Part shown: in pieces, positions 27,199 through 40,310 of the stretch
How positions within the stretch are numbered: position 1 is the first letter of the stretch
Layout of the letters: each line of letters opens with the position of its first letter
From: Eledone cirrhosa
Lineage: Eukaryota
NCBI GenBank assembly: GCA_964016885.1
Contig: OZ024746.1
Coordinates: 1,922,001-1,986,000 of the forward strand
Length of the DNA stretch: 64,000 nucleotides
Direction of reading: 5' to 3'
Translations under genes and position numbers: made by a program
Notes under the pieces: model-generated
The model's database searches: none
Told to the model about the DNA's origin: nothing
What the model saw: only the letters and a program-made list of their open reading frames with translations

Positions 27199-27487
27199 TC
27201 TGGCGCCACGCTGTACAGAAGACCCGACTTCCCATGGGTACAAGCCAAAGCTGAAGCATATAGACAAAATGCCCCCACTGCAAAGTGGACGGGTAGGCGC
27301 CACGGGAAAAAAGCACCCAGCACTCACTGTAAATGAGGTTGGTTTTAGGAAGGGCATCCAGGTGTAGAAATCAAGCCAGAATCAGTTCCTGTATGAGCAA
27401 GACAAGGTCAGCCAACTGGACACAACACAGGACAACCCGTCTAACCCATGCTAGCGTGGAAGAACGGACGTAAAACGGTGATGATGA
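27199..27487 (+). mobile_element. RTE 3' end fragment, same family as 57-1197
   Basis: Matches roughly 832-1175 including aacccatgctagcgtggaagaacggacgtaaaacggtgatgatg. Confidence 0.9.
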
Positions 27488-28112
27488 CAATACTTTATAT
27501 ATCAATCCCAGTCTAATGATGAATTAATTAAAAACTTTTGACTAGCAGAATTAATAAATTTAGCTTTGAAAACATCAAGATAATATAGATGAGAAATATG
27601 TTCTATAACATAAATTAACAGAAATGACATTAACGTGCGCCTCATTGCAATATTCTATTTAACCTCACCAAATGATAAGAAATAGTAATTAAGAGTAATA
27701 ATTTGGATATCCTAAAACAACAAAAATGATGATTAGTTATCATAAATCTCATCTCTGTTGCAATTTTAAAGAGCTGTACCCAGTTTAATAAAAATAATAA
27801 AATATTAATGTAGATGTATCTTTCTGTTTACATAGAGAAGACTTCCAAATGAAGAACTAGTTTTCAACATTGTAATGACACATTCCTCATTTTATTTTCT
27901 TATGACATGTAAATAATAATACAAGATGTCTGGAAACAGTTAAGAAACATCAGATATACAGCACCCCCCCCCCTTCAATTTATTATGTACTTTCTTGTAT
28001 CCTTACAATATTAGCAGTAAGTGCTTCTATGTAACACTATTTTTAACAACTCATAACTAATAAGTGTATAAAGCAATTTTTTAAAAAGTGTATATATTCT
28101 GATGATATATAT

Positions 28113-28325
28113 ATCATCATCATCTTCGTTTAACGTCCATTTTCCACGCTAGCATGGGTTAGACGGGAGTTGAGGCAAGGTTGGTCGGGTGAACGTGTCT
28201 CACTCATATAGGACTGTCTAGCAGGTTTTCTACGGCTGGATGCCCTTCCTAACACCAACCACGTTTACAGTGTGGAACTGGGAACTTTTTAACGTGTTAC
28301 ACGGCCACATTACAGTGTGGACTGT
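28113..28325 (-). mobile_element. RTE 3' UTR fragment
   Basis: (atc)n tail plus cgtcc..ttccacgctagcatgggttagacggg and ggatgcccttcctaacaccaacc. Confidence 0.85.
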
Positions 28326-28348
28326 CAGGATAGATTCAGTTAGAAAGT

Positions 28349-28505
28349 GGTTAGACCATTACTCACTACAGTACTCGATACTTGGGATAGTAGAGTGTGA
28401 TTATAATATAAAGAGCCGGGACCTCAACAGCTGAGCTCTTGCTGTCTCTGGAACTTGCTGTTGAAACAGCAAGAGCTCAGCTGTCGGGGTCCCGACTCTT
28501 TATAT
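28349..28505 (-). repeat. (TA)n-adjacent short element: ~100-nt hairpin plus conserved module (family H, copy 1)
   Basis: Inverted arms 28406-28445 and 28466-28505; module cactctactatcccaagtatcgagtact..g..aatggtc shared with 53222 and 54464. Confidence 0.75.
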
Positions 28506-29715
28506 ATATATATATATATATATAGTTCTCTTTTTCTCAATTGAATAAGTTGAGTTCACTCAACAAGACATGCATCCTTGCATTTCTACATGTTACGACT
28601 TCGTTGCAGTATTGCATTTAATAAAAATAAGCCATGCTAGCATGGAAAATGGATGTTAAACGATGATGATGATATAAACTGTGGTTCTAAACAAACTCTA
28701 GTGAACTCACAAGAAAATATGAAAAATCATTAATAAAAAGGATAAAACAGGGGCAGTTGTGTTTTCAATCTAATATTTTTTTTTTTAAAACTGTTCCCCC
28801 ATATGTACACTTTTTAAGGAAATGATATATATAAAAATGTCTTTCCTTTCTTTCTTCCTTCCATTTACATGTTTGTTTCACTATCCAATTCCTTTAGCAT
28901 TTATAACTGACTTTTCTTTATGAAAGAGGAGCACTGTGAGATAATTTCATATTGGGAAATTGTTGTTTTCCTTCCTGTTTCTTACATTTTCATTAAATTA
29001 TTCCCTCAACACCCGGATTTGAGCCTCTCATGTACACAACACAACTGTTATTTTGTCCCTTAAGTTACACTTATTTCAGCTATGTTTCCTCCACTTAGAA
29101 CAACTAAACTAATTACAATTTACAAACGTTTCCTATTGAAACAACTACTTAAGCCATTATCAAAAGTAGCTGTCACTTTTTACATTCAAAATAATGAAAA
29201 CATTTACAACATATATCAATTTCAGTTGAGATGTTCAAACAGCTACTAATCTAACAGTGACTAGATTCATTATTTGATTATTATCAACATTTCTCAAGTC
29301 AGCATGACATATATACATAAGGCTTCTTCTCTAGCACAATACAGATTTAATCACAATCTGCAAATAAAAAAAAAATCATCTGTGCCTGGTATTGACTCAT
29401 AAAAGACAAATGTGAAATGTAAATATATGTGCAATGGGCATGCCTATTTAAGGACAATGAAATGTTTTAAATACACTCTCGACTGGAGAAGTAAAGAAAA
29501 CACCTGACTCCCACCAGTCTCGATGTTAACTTTCACTTAAGTCACAACATATCTATTAACTAATCAAACAAAACCATGGGGCAGATGCTGGAATCAGGGA
29601 ATTGTAGCAGAAATGGCCGTATGAAACAATAACCAAATAGCCACAACTGTAATTATACAATAAATTAATGTGAAAATGTGATTGAAAACTAAAGTGTTAA
29701 TTAATAGGAAATAAT

Positions 29716-29901
29716 TGTTTCTATTTTTGGCACAAGGCCAGCAATTATCCCAGTGCATTACTGGTACTTTATTTTATCGACCCCGTAAGGATGAAAGGCA
29801 TAGTCAACCTCGGCGGGATTTGAACTCAGATCGTAAAGGGACGTAACTATGCTGGAAAGCATGGTGTCCGACCTTCTACCGATACTGCCAATCCACCGCC
29901 C
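29716..29901 (-). mobile_element. Full-length SINE S1 with 15-bp TSD
   Basis: TSD ttaataggaaataat at 29701-29715 and 29902-29916. Confidence 0.9.
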
Positions 29902-31131
29902 TTAATAGGAAATAATGTTTGTTGATGTTATTTTCTGGAACAATCCTAGTTTAGAGGGTACGGTGGTATTTCTATGTCCTGTTTTTGACACGTGGTTCAT
30001 ATTTCTGTATTTTACATTTAGATGCTGGCCTTTATAATGCCAACCATGCAGCCATGACAATAGAAAATTAACTATATCATAGCTAATTAAACTGAGACTA
30101 TATCTTAAAAAAATTGTACATTTTGAATATTTGGGTTAATAGTTCAGATACATAACCACATCAAACTAGACAAATATTAACTATTATTTCTTTATTGCAA
30201 AAGGTAAGAGAACTTATAACTGAACAATAACTAGATTGTATTAAACTTATCTTGTTAGTTATAAAAATCAAATAAAGCTACAATAAAGAACATATTACCA
30301 ATAATATAAGCTACCATTTATTATAGAAATATAAATTACTGTTTTCTTATAGACAACAAACTTTGGATTTGTAGGGCTTACAAAGCATTCATGTTAGTAG
30401 GAACAAATGGAATGCTTGATTTCTTACATAGGCACAACATATGGGATTTATAGGGGAAAAGGAAATAAGAAATTGCAAGGCATTCGTGCTTTCTTCAAGG
30501 AAGTCTTTTTCAAAACTAAATAAATAAAAAATAGCCCCAACAAGGAATTAAAACCATATTACTAACCCAGTTCACTAATATACCATATATCTTCTCTACC
30601 AGATTCACTTACTTTGTATTTATTTTAAATAATGTAAACATTTTATCACAACAAATGAACTTAAACACTAACTTTACATTATACACTTCTCTCACAGTTC
30701 TTTAATTATTTTAGTAATTCCCATCTCCTTTCACCCTTATCTTCAATGTACTTTAAGATATATCTTCTTTAATTCAAAGATTAACAACTTCTTTGGTACA
30801 TGGTAAACATGGAGACAGATCATACAAGTAAAACATTTCAGTATCAAATGTTTGTACTATCATAATTCCAAGTCACAAATGGAGTATCTACACATTTAAA
30901 TAAGACCACCTTATCTGAGCAAATATAACAGAGATTAATACTATTTTCCTGAAATAAATAGCGGTTGTTTGGATAATATATATGCCTTCCAATAAGGGTC
31001 CAACTGGGTCAGATAATAAAGATGTTTATCCTACACTTTAGTTGCTAGCACATTTCTTTATATCTTAACTACCAACACACACGCTAATTATAAGCAAATT
31101 AGTATATCCATTTCAGAATAATACAAGTAAA

Positions 31132-31350
31132 AAAAGGAACGATCGACTTTCGTCAAATCGGACCGAGGGAACAATGTTTCCGTTGGTCTTTCCAATTGCT
31201 AATACTATCTACCGGTCGCAACTCCAGGTAGAAGGAGCAACGTGAAATAAAGTGTCTTGCTCAAGGACATAACGCATCGCCTGATCCAGGAATCAAACTC
31301 ACAACCTTACGATTGCGAATCCAATTCCCTAACCACTCAGCCACACGCCT
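31132..31350 (-). mobile_element. tRNA-derived CORE-SINE with 10-bp TSD
   Basis: Minus strand: A box TGGCTGAGTGG, B box GAGTTTGATTCC, CORE-like GTCCTTGAGCAAGACACTTTA; TSD tacaagtaaa at 31122-31131 and 31351-31360. Confidence 0.85.
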
Positions 31351-31411
31351 TACAAGTAAATGGGTATATACATCGATCCAATACGTGTTTCCTTGAGGTT
31401 GTTTGATGTAC

Positions 31412-31460
31412 ACACCTTCTGATGAAGACCCAACTAGGTCTGAAAATCAATTAAAGGTGT
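31412..31460 (+). ncRNA. Minimal type I hammerhead ribozyme
   Basis: ACACCTT-CTGATGA-AGACC-caacta-GGTCT-GAAA-A-tcaa-T-T-A^AAGGTGT: stem I 7 bp, stem II 5 bp, stem III 2 bp, full catalytic core, UUA triplet. Confidence 0.82.
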
Positions 31461-31512
31461 TTAACATTTTTTTCAATTTACAGGGAAATTCCTATTTTCT
31501 AGTATGTTTACA

Positions 31513-31690
31513 TTGGCAGCAACGGTAGAGTGTCAGACACCATTATGTGCAGCATAGTTATGGCCCTTTACGTTCTAAGTTCAAATCACGCCGAGGTTAG
31601 CTTTGCCTTTCATCCTTACTTGGTCAATAAAAAGTAGCAGTAATGTACTGAGGTAAGTGCTGGCTTTGTACCAACAGTAGAAACAATTAT
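31513..31690 (+). mobile_element. SINE S1, diverged
   Basis: A and B boxes, core and gtagaaacaattat end. Confidence 0.85.
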
Positions 31691-31729
31691 ATATAAAGTT
31701 GTGTCGTATTGACATACAGCGCTTCTTGG

Positions 31730-31965
31730 CCATTTTAAGCCTGGCAGAGTCCATCTCCAAGTCTGAGTAGATTTCTTCCAGAGAGAGATAGAAAGCGAGA
31801 GAGAAGTGAGAAAGAGATATAGAGTACGTATCGACCCCAGTATTAGACTGGTACTTTTCTTTATCAACCTCAAAAGGATGAAAGACAAAGTTGACCTAGG
31901 CAGGATTTGAACTCAGAGAGTCAGAAGGAATACCATAAAGTATCTGACGTAACGACTACCAATTC
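31730..31965 (-). mobile_element. S1-related SINE subfamily with a (GA)-rich 3' part
   Basis: ctggtactt..tttatc.acc...aaggatgaaag.caaagttgacct.ggc.ggatttgaactcag; a related plus-strand copy lies near 52548-52765. Confidence 0.65.
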
Positions 31966-31971
31966 ACCTCC

Positions 31972-32602
31972 TATACACATATATACATACACAATATATA
32001 TACATACATATACACACACAACATATATACATACATACACACACACATTCATATATACATAAATATACATACACACATTCATATATACATACATATACAT
32101 ACACACATTCATATATACATACATATACATACACACATTCATATATACATACATATACATACACACATTCATATATACATACATATACATACACACATAT
32201 ATACATACGTATACACAACATATACGTACACACACACAACATATATACATACATATACACACACAACATATATACATACACACACACATTCATATATACA
32301 TACACACACACATTCATATATACATACATATACATACACACATTCATATATACATACACACATTCATATATACATACATATACATACGTATACACACAAC
32401 ATATACGTACACATACACACACAACATATATACATACATATAAACACACAACATATATACATACACACACACACAACATATATACATACATATACACACA
32501 CAACATATATACATACACAACATATATACATACATACACACAACATATATATATACATACACACACACAACATATATACATACACACATTCATATATACA
32601 TA
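31972..32602. repeat. Cryptic AC/AT satellite (acacacattcatatatacatacatatacat-like)
   Basis: Alternating purine-pyrimidine low complexity with a partial 30-bp period. Confidence 0.92.
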
Positions 32603-33028
32603 CAGGAGAAAATAGCAACAACTTAAGAGCAACCCATCTTCACTAATCATGCATGGCTTGTAAACCTGACAGAACACTTGAATTCAGTTATCCAAAGACC
32701 TGATTTTCAGTGCAAGGGGATTAAAATAAGGAAAAGTGAAAAAGTGTAAAAATGCAGTTTTTTAAATTTTATTTTTGAACTGTGATAACTTCATGATAAG
32801 CAGTTATCATCAAACTGAAACCATGTAAAACTACACATATTCTGAAAGTTCACCTTTTTAACTTTATTGGCAGGTTTTAATCTCATTTTAACCTTATTTA
32901 AGCTAATTTGAGTGACAGTCTATTTCAGAACATTTTGGGGGCGATTTTGAACTGAACCTTGTTGAAGTTGTAGAGAATTTTGAGGATGAAGGTATTTTGG
33001 TACAAAAGAAGCTGTGTGAAATCCTGTG

Positions 33029-33578
33029 TTCAGGACTAACCTCACCTAAATCTCTTCAGGACTAACCTCACCTAAATCTCTTCAGGACTAACCTCACCTA
33101 AATCTCTTCAGGACTAACCTCACCTAAATCTCTTCAGGACTAACCTCACCTAAATCTCTTCAGGACTAACCTCACCTAAATCTCTTCAGGACTAACCTCA
33201 CCTAAATCTCTTCAGGACTAACCTCACCTAAATCTCTTCAGGACTAACCTCACCTAAATCTCTTCAGGACTAACCTCACCTAAATCTCTTCAGGACTAAC
33301 CTCACCTAAATCTCTTCAGGACTAACCTCACCTAAATCTCTTCAGGACTAACCTCACCTAAATCTCTTCAGGACTAACCTCACCTAAATCTCTTCAGGAC
33401 TAACCTCACCTAAATCTCTTCAGGACTAACCTCACCTAAATCTCTTCAGGACTAACCTCACCTAAATCTCTTCAGGACTAACCTCACCTAAATCTCTTCA
33501 GGACTAACCTCACCTAAATCTCTTCAGGACTAACCTCACCTAAATCTCTTCAGGACTAACCTCACCTAAATCTCTTCA
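33029..33578. repeat. 26-bp minisatellite (caggactaacctcacctaaatctctt), about 21 units
   Basis: Exact tandem; no variant units seen. Confidence 0.97.
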
Positions 33579-34008
33579 AATTATCTGCAGTTGAAAAAGT
33601 TGATGTTGAAAGCTAAGTCAACAGCTTTTACCATCTATGATGCTTACAAAAGATTCAAAGATTTTAAATTCAACAAGGACCCATGTTGCAACATGAATTA
33701 CATTGATTTTAGATTCAATAAATACCAAATCAATAATTCAACTAATGAACCCCAAAGTTTCACTCATGGAATATGCAGGTCTGAGATAATGCCAAACAAC
33801 ATCAGCTGGGCTAGAATGCAGTTTTTCAGTGCTGAAAACAATCCTTGCAAAAGACAGGAATTTTTTTTCCTACTTATATTGTAATGTACTATAATAAATT
33901 TTCACAATAGTTACTTTTTAAATTGTTTTGATAACATATCATCAAATATTCAAAACTAAAGTGAACTCCCTAATTTTTATGGATTTATTAATAATAATAA
34001 GGTTAAAA

Positions 34009-34624
34009 TCTATATATATAAAGTTGTAGTTCCTGTCTGTTTGTTTGTTCACAAACTCCTCCTATGGTTTTGGAGATCCCCCCCCCCCCCCCCCCCCACA
34101 TAACCATATATATTCTGAAACTACATTGCTCAGGGTACTTGGATAAGTATATTTCATTTTAATCAAAGAGTTCCCCGGGGGCACAAACCCCTGCTGAAAA
34201 TGTTTTCCCTTCGATTTATATGAAATTTAAACCATAGGTAAATGACAAGATATGATGCTTATTCACAAAATTTCAGCAAACTTCAATAATATTAAGATAC
34301 CCTTATGAGGGTTACATTTTGGAAGCCCATAACTTGAGTATTGGAACTTCTATTATCATGGGGTTTTTCTATCAATTAAACGTAAATCAACAAAAAAAAA
34401 AAGCACCGCTCTTTTATAGTGAAATTCGGCTAATTTAGACATTTTATCTATGGCAAAACATCACTAGAATTATGACAACAAAAATTATTAGTTAATATGC
34501 CTCTACTTTTTTAACATTCTCTCTTTATTTTTTCCCCATAAATTATATCACTGATTTAAAATCAATCATCATTTTCTTACAAAAAGATGTGTGAAACACA
34601 GCAAGGTGCGGGTAATTTGGCTAG
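34009..34624 (+). mobile_element. Non-autonomous Helitron, second family
   Basis: A|TCTATATATATAAAG..CTGTCTGTTTGTTTG 5' end; GCGGGTAATTTGGCTAG|T 3' end with a decayed hairpin. Confidence 0.78.
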
Positions 34625-36249
34625 TGAGTCTATAAAGTTAAAAAATAAGATTAAAATCATGCAATTTTTAAGGTTAAAAAGAATTGCTCCAGTGATAACT
34701 AAACTTAATTCTGCACACTCCAGTTCATCTGTGGGGAATATGTAGATCATTTGCATTCATTTCATTCAACAGACCAGTATCATATCCAATCAGAGATTAC
34801 TTCTCATTCATTTAACACTAGGGCTGAATCCCAACCAGCTCTTAAAAACCCTCAAGGCTTAATGCACATTTACAATGGAACCTTATAGTTTGTAACAGGA
34901 TTTGGTGTCAAGGAGCAAAAGCAGGTGGGAGGGGGACGTTCATACTACATTAATAAAAGTAAAAATGAGGGCTATCAAAATAAACCATAAAGAAGGGAGT
35001 TGGTCAACTCAAATAGTAAGCTTTAATACTTCAAAAACAATAGAGAGACAGACAAGAAGTAAATCATACACTGTATGGCTGTATGGTCATAAAACATTCA
35101 GGTTTAGGTGCAATAAATTGTAGAAAATAAAAGTTAAATGAGAAGGGGAAAGTGTTTTGTCAAGAAAGTAAAAACAGCCCACCTAAATATGTTGTGTTTA
35201 AGATAAGCAACTAAAATAGTGCAGATTGTGTATTAAGAATTTGAATAGTTTAAACTATAGATACATACTTCAAAATGTTATTTAGACAATAAACATAAAT
35301 CTTATGATTTATGTTTATAAGACTTGTTTATAATGACTTATATACTGAAAACAGAAGATAAGTTCTATAGTGTTATGTGGTAGATAGTTGATGATATGTT
35401 GAGGAGAATCATAGTTAATGATGAGTAACAATGGGGGACTTGAAAATTAGTTACAGTACTAAACCCTTCCACATTATTGATTATTTTCAAAATGATTTGA
35501 AAACCAGACTATGTCTAATTCAAAATATGATAACAAAAGGGTTAAAATAGTAGATAAATATCCTCTCTTTTACCTTGTTGCTCACAAAAGTTTGATGTTA
35601 TAAAGAACTGATTAACTACATAATGATTTATTACATTGGTACAAGTCCACAAATGTATAGGGGTATGAAATATCCCATTAAATGGTGTGCTATTTTCCTG
35701 ACTTGCTCTTATTAAGATAAAAGGTAAAGTTGACCTTCTAGATTTGAACTCTGAACATAAAGTAATGTAACTAAATATCCTGAATTATTTTATCTGGTCA
35801 TTTATCAGTCACCAGTCATTATTTATATAATAATGCAAGAGTTAATCAAAATAAAACTATTTCATAAGGAACTTCTGACAATAAAACAAGACTTAATTGA
35901 CTGAAAAAAAAAACATGTCCTTTTATATGATTTTGTTGTATGATATCTAAATATCAGTTTCAAAATAAATATATAAAAATCATATTTCATACAATGACAA
36001 CAGATCAAAATATCTATAGTGAACTTTAAAACCAAACTCCACACAAAGAGTTTTATCTAAAAATATCTACATTATATAGACTTCATAAATCATTGTGTAG
36101 GATACTATTGAAATGAAAAAAAGAGAAGGTATTTATTACAGAAAAAATATGGCAGATGAAAATTGTAGGTATAAATTGATCCAAAAGAGTTTCTGCTTGA
36201 CCTGCTAGAAGTAACAAACCAAATTTACCTCAAATCACACCATACCATC

Positions 36250-36850
36250 TTAACCTATCTGATACCAACTCACCTGAAACTGGCCTTGGTTTATGATACA
36301 ACACTGCCCATTTTAAAGTGTTCATACTTATATTAAAACCTTCCATCATAATTTTATTTTCAAAAATGTCTGTGATGTTCCAAGTATCAACTTAATGAAA
36401 AAATTGTTTTTGTGATTATTTTCCAAATTAATTGAAACATTAGACTATGTAGTCTTTGATTTCCAAAACAAGGAGCTAGTCACAGCTGGAATAATGTTTG
36501 GTCAGTAGATAAACACCATATTAACGTTAACATGAAAGTTTAGCAGTAGTTTTTTTTTTTAAGTTAGTTTGAAAGACATGAAACTTCATGTAAACTTCAC
36601 AAAGTGATATTGCCTTCAGAAATTCTACTGGTAGTACTGAAAGCATCATTACCATATTTTTTAAACTGCCAATCATTTTCAAATAAATTTGAAAATGATT
36701 GAGAATTCTTGTTAAGTCAGTGTTTGGAGCATAATTTAACAAAAGTTCTTACATAAAATTATGCTGAAAGGTTTTTATATATATATATAAACACTTTCAG
36801 TATTGTAGAACCAGAGACAGTTTCAAGCAGTTTGGTATCAAAAGGGTTAA
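36250..36850. mobile_element. Two family B MITE fragments in opposite orientation (about 36250-36440 minus, 36645-36850 plus)
   Basis: ttaacctatctgatacca at left and tggtatcaaaagggttaa at right; shared body. Confidence 0.6.
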
Positions 36851-37257
36851 GAATATGATTGTACAGGATTATGAAAAACGGAAGATAGCTAATGGAAGAA
36901 TATTTAAATTCTAAACTCATGAGTGTGAAGTAATTCTAAAATATAAACATCAATGATTTGGGTCAAAAGACTTGACATATGATATGGCAATGTCTCAAAT
37001 GGAAAGCAAGAACATGTTGCCTAAATTGGCTGAATATCTCCATTACAATCTTCAGTTTTGTCACTTAAGTTGTTTGTTTGACAGACTGTTTGGCTTCTTT
37101 ATAATGTCCCTTCATAGAATACATCATTCCAATTAATTAGCTACTTAAGTGAATCCAGTACACTATTTGTATTGCCAGTACTAGTTACAAAAATCCTGTT
37201 AAGAAATTTTTAGAATAGCATGCTCAATAAAAGATAAGATTTCAATAGGAAAACCAT

Positions 37258-37445
37258 TGGATTGGCAGTATCGGTTGAGGGTCGGACGGTATGCTTTGCA
37301 GCATAGAGTTACGGCCCTTTATGGCCTGAGTTCAAATCCTGCCAGGGTTAACTTTGCCTTTCATCCTTACGGTGTCGATAAAATAAAGTACCAGTAATGT
37401 ACTGGGATAATTGCTGGCCTTGTGCCAAAAGTAGAAACAATTATT
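37258..37445 (+). mobile_element. SINE S1, near full length
   Basis: A box, B box, core and 3' end. Confidence 0.9.
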
Positions 37446-37511
37446 TGAATTAAGCTCATCTTGATCATAATTCTCCAAATCTATTCAATTCTAAGTGAAC
37501 TACTATATAAT

Positions 37512-37624
37512 TGTTTCTACTTTTGGCACAAGGCCAGCAATTACCCCAGTGCATTACTGGTACTTTATTTTATCGACCCCGTAAGGATGAAAGGCAAAGT
37601 TAACCTCGGCGGGATTTGAACTCA
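37512..37624 (-). mobile_element. 5'-truncated SINE S1 with 17-bp TSD
   Basis: TSD gtgaactactatataat at 37495-37511 and 37626-37642. Confidence 0.9.
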
Positions 37625-37938
37625 TGTGAACTACTATATAATAATAAGTGAACCTGAATAGTGAATACAGTAGATTTGGGAGAGAGAAAGACGAATATGG
37701 TTGATACAACAACACAGTATAATGAGGTGTGTTGGGTGAAACTGTGCTGTGAGTTAGAGAAGATCATCTGCAGTAGATAGAAACATAGAAATACTTGGGC
37801 CTCATAGATAAAGTATGAAAGATCAAAAGTTTTTTTAAATCCCCATGTTCAAATGACCCCCCCCCCCCCATGTGTGTGTATGCGCACGCGCCTGTCTGTG
37901 TATTGTTTTCACATCTGCTTTTCCATGCTTGCATGGGT

Positions 37939-38490
37939 TCATCATCATCAACGTTTAACGTCCGTGTTCCACACTTGCATGGGTTTGGACGGGGGTTTTC
38001 CCACTTGAGGCAAGAGTGATTGTCTTGCTCGCATAGGACTATCTGGCGGGTTTTCTACAGCTGGATGCCCTTCCTAACACCAACCACATTTACAGTGTGG
38101 GGCTGGGAGGTTTTTACCGTGTTGCCTACACGGCCACATTACAGCGTGGACTGTGTGTTTTTTGTCGTGACACCTACACGATCTCATTTGTTTCAGCCTG
38201 GATGGTGTGGCACCAACATAACTTTACATTGAAAGGGGTGGTGTGGATGGGGGGGGGGGGGTTGTTAGAGATGCCTACTGACTGTAGTAGGTTTTACTTT
38301 GTATTTAGGTAAGGCGGGTCTTCTCTATTACTGAGTACCGCCAAAGGTCTCGGTCCAGTGACATTGTCTTGGAGAGGTGTAAGCGTGTGAGGTCGGAATT
38401 TATCATGTCGTCCCAGGTTTTTCTGGGTCTGCCTACTCCGTGGCTACCGGCTATCTTTATTGCCCTGCACTTTGTTATACAGCTGTCGGA
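37939..38490 (-). mobile_element. 5'-truncated RTE, sister subfamily
   Basis: DSCITKCRA..GVGRPRKTWDD..DL..LHLSK.M..DRDLWR ORF end at 38305-38490, then 3' UTR and (atc)n tail. Confidence 0.88.
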
Positions 38491-38852
38491 TATATATATA
38501 TATGCACACAACATATTTTTCCGTTATTATTCCACACACTAACAAGAATTCTTAGTACAATACAAACAATGTAAGAGCTAGATGCCTAGATGTGTTTAGC
38601 TCTGAGAAACCCATAGCAAGATATTCATGTTAATATTAGAATTTTCTGAACTATCCAACAAATGGAAGAAGTATTTCAGAGAAAACTGATACGAAACATG
38701 ACATAAATATTTACTCTGTTGAAATATAGTTGGTACATCCATTTTCTTCAGAATGACTCTTGAAAAGAAAGTATCTAGGTTTTGATAGATTCCATCATGA
38801 ACACACTCCAAATAATTCTTCAAAAATATTACTTTTAATGTAGCAAGAGGAA

Positions 38853-40310
38853 ACTAGTATATAGATGATACTAAGTACATATAGATGATACTAACTATAT
38901 ATACATAGCACTAAGTATATATACATGATACTAAGTATATATACATGATACTAAGTATATATACATGATACTAAGTATATATACATGGCACTAAGTATAT
39001 ATACATGATACTAAGTATATATACATGGCACTAAGTATATATACATGATACTAAGTATATATACATGATACTAAGTATATATACATGATACTAAGTATAT
39101 ATACATGGCACTAAGTATATATGATACTAAGAATATATATATATATGATACTAAGAATATATATATATAGTACTAAGTATATATATATAGATATGGTACT
39201 AAGAATATAGATATGGTATAAGTATATAGATATGGTACTATGTATATATATATGGTACTAAGTATATATATAGATATGGTACTAAGTATATATATAGATA
39301 TAGTACTAAGTATATATATATATATGGTACTAAGTATATAGATATATATGGTACTAAGTATATAGATATGGTACTAAGTATATATATATGGTACTAAGAA
39401 TATAGATATGGTACTAAGTATATAGATATGGTACTAAGTATATAGATATGGTACTAAGTATATAGATATGGTACTAAGTATATAGATATGGTATAAGTAT
39501 ATATATATATGGTACTATGCATATATATATGGTACTAAGTATATATATATAGATATGGTACTAAGTATATATATATAGATATGGTACTAAGTATATAGCT
39601 ATAGTACTAAGTATATATATATATGGTACTAAGTATATAGCTATAGTACTAAGTATATATATATATATGGTACTAAGTATATAGATATGGTACTAAGTAT
39701 ATATATATATATGGTACTAAGTATATAGATATATGGTACTAAGAATATAGATATGGTACTAAGTATATAGATATGGTACTAAGTATATAGATATGGTACT
39801 AAGTATATAGATATGGTACTAAGAATATAGATATGGTACTAAGTATATAGATATGGTACTAAGTATATAGATATGGTACTAAGTATATAGATATGGTACT
39901 AAGTATATATATATGGTACTAAGTATATAGATATGGTACTAAGTATATATATATATATGGTACTAAGTATATAGCTATAGTACTAAGTATATAGATATGG
40001 TACTAAGTATATATATATATGGTACTAAGTATATATATATATGGTACTAAGTATATATATATAAGGTACTAAGTATATATATATATGGTACTAAGTATAT
40101 AGATATGGTACTAAGTATATATATATATGGTACTAAGTATATATATATATATGGTACTAAGTATATAGATATGGTACTAAGTATATAGATATATGGTACT
40201 AAGTATATATATATATGGTACTAAGTATATAGATATGGTACTAAGTATATAGATATGGTACTAAGTATATAGATATGGTACTAAGTATATAGATATGGTA
40301 CTAAGTATAT
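38853..40310. repeat. AT-rich ~20-bp satellite (tactaagtatatagatatgg) with variable (TA)n
   Basis: Tandem units; the unit shifts from ..atacatga.. to ..agatatgg.. along the array. Confidence 0.95.

Noticed and set aside
31921-32677. Cys/Val/Tyr/Met-rich ORFs
   Set aside because: Translations of the AC/AT cryptic satellite
32715-33973. Possible Kolobok-like element around the 26-mer array
   Set aside because: End similarity (aagggga / tcccta) is too short and there is no TTAA duplication
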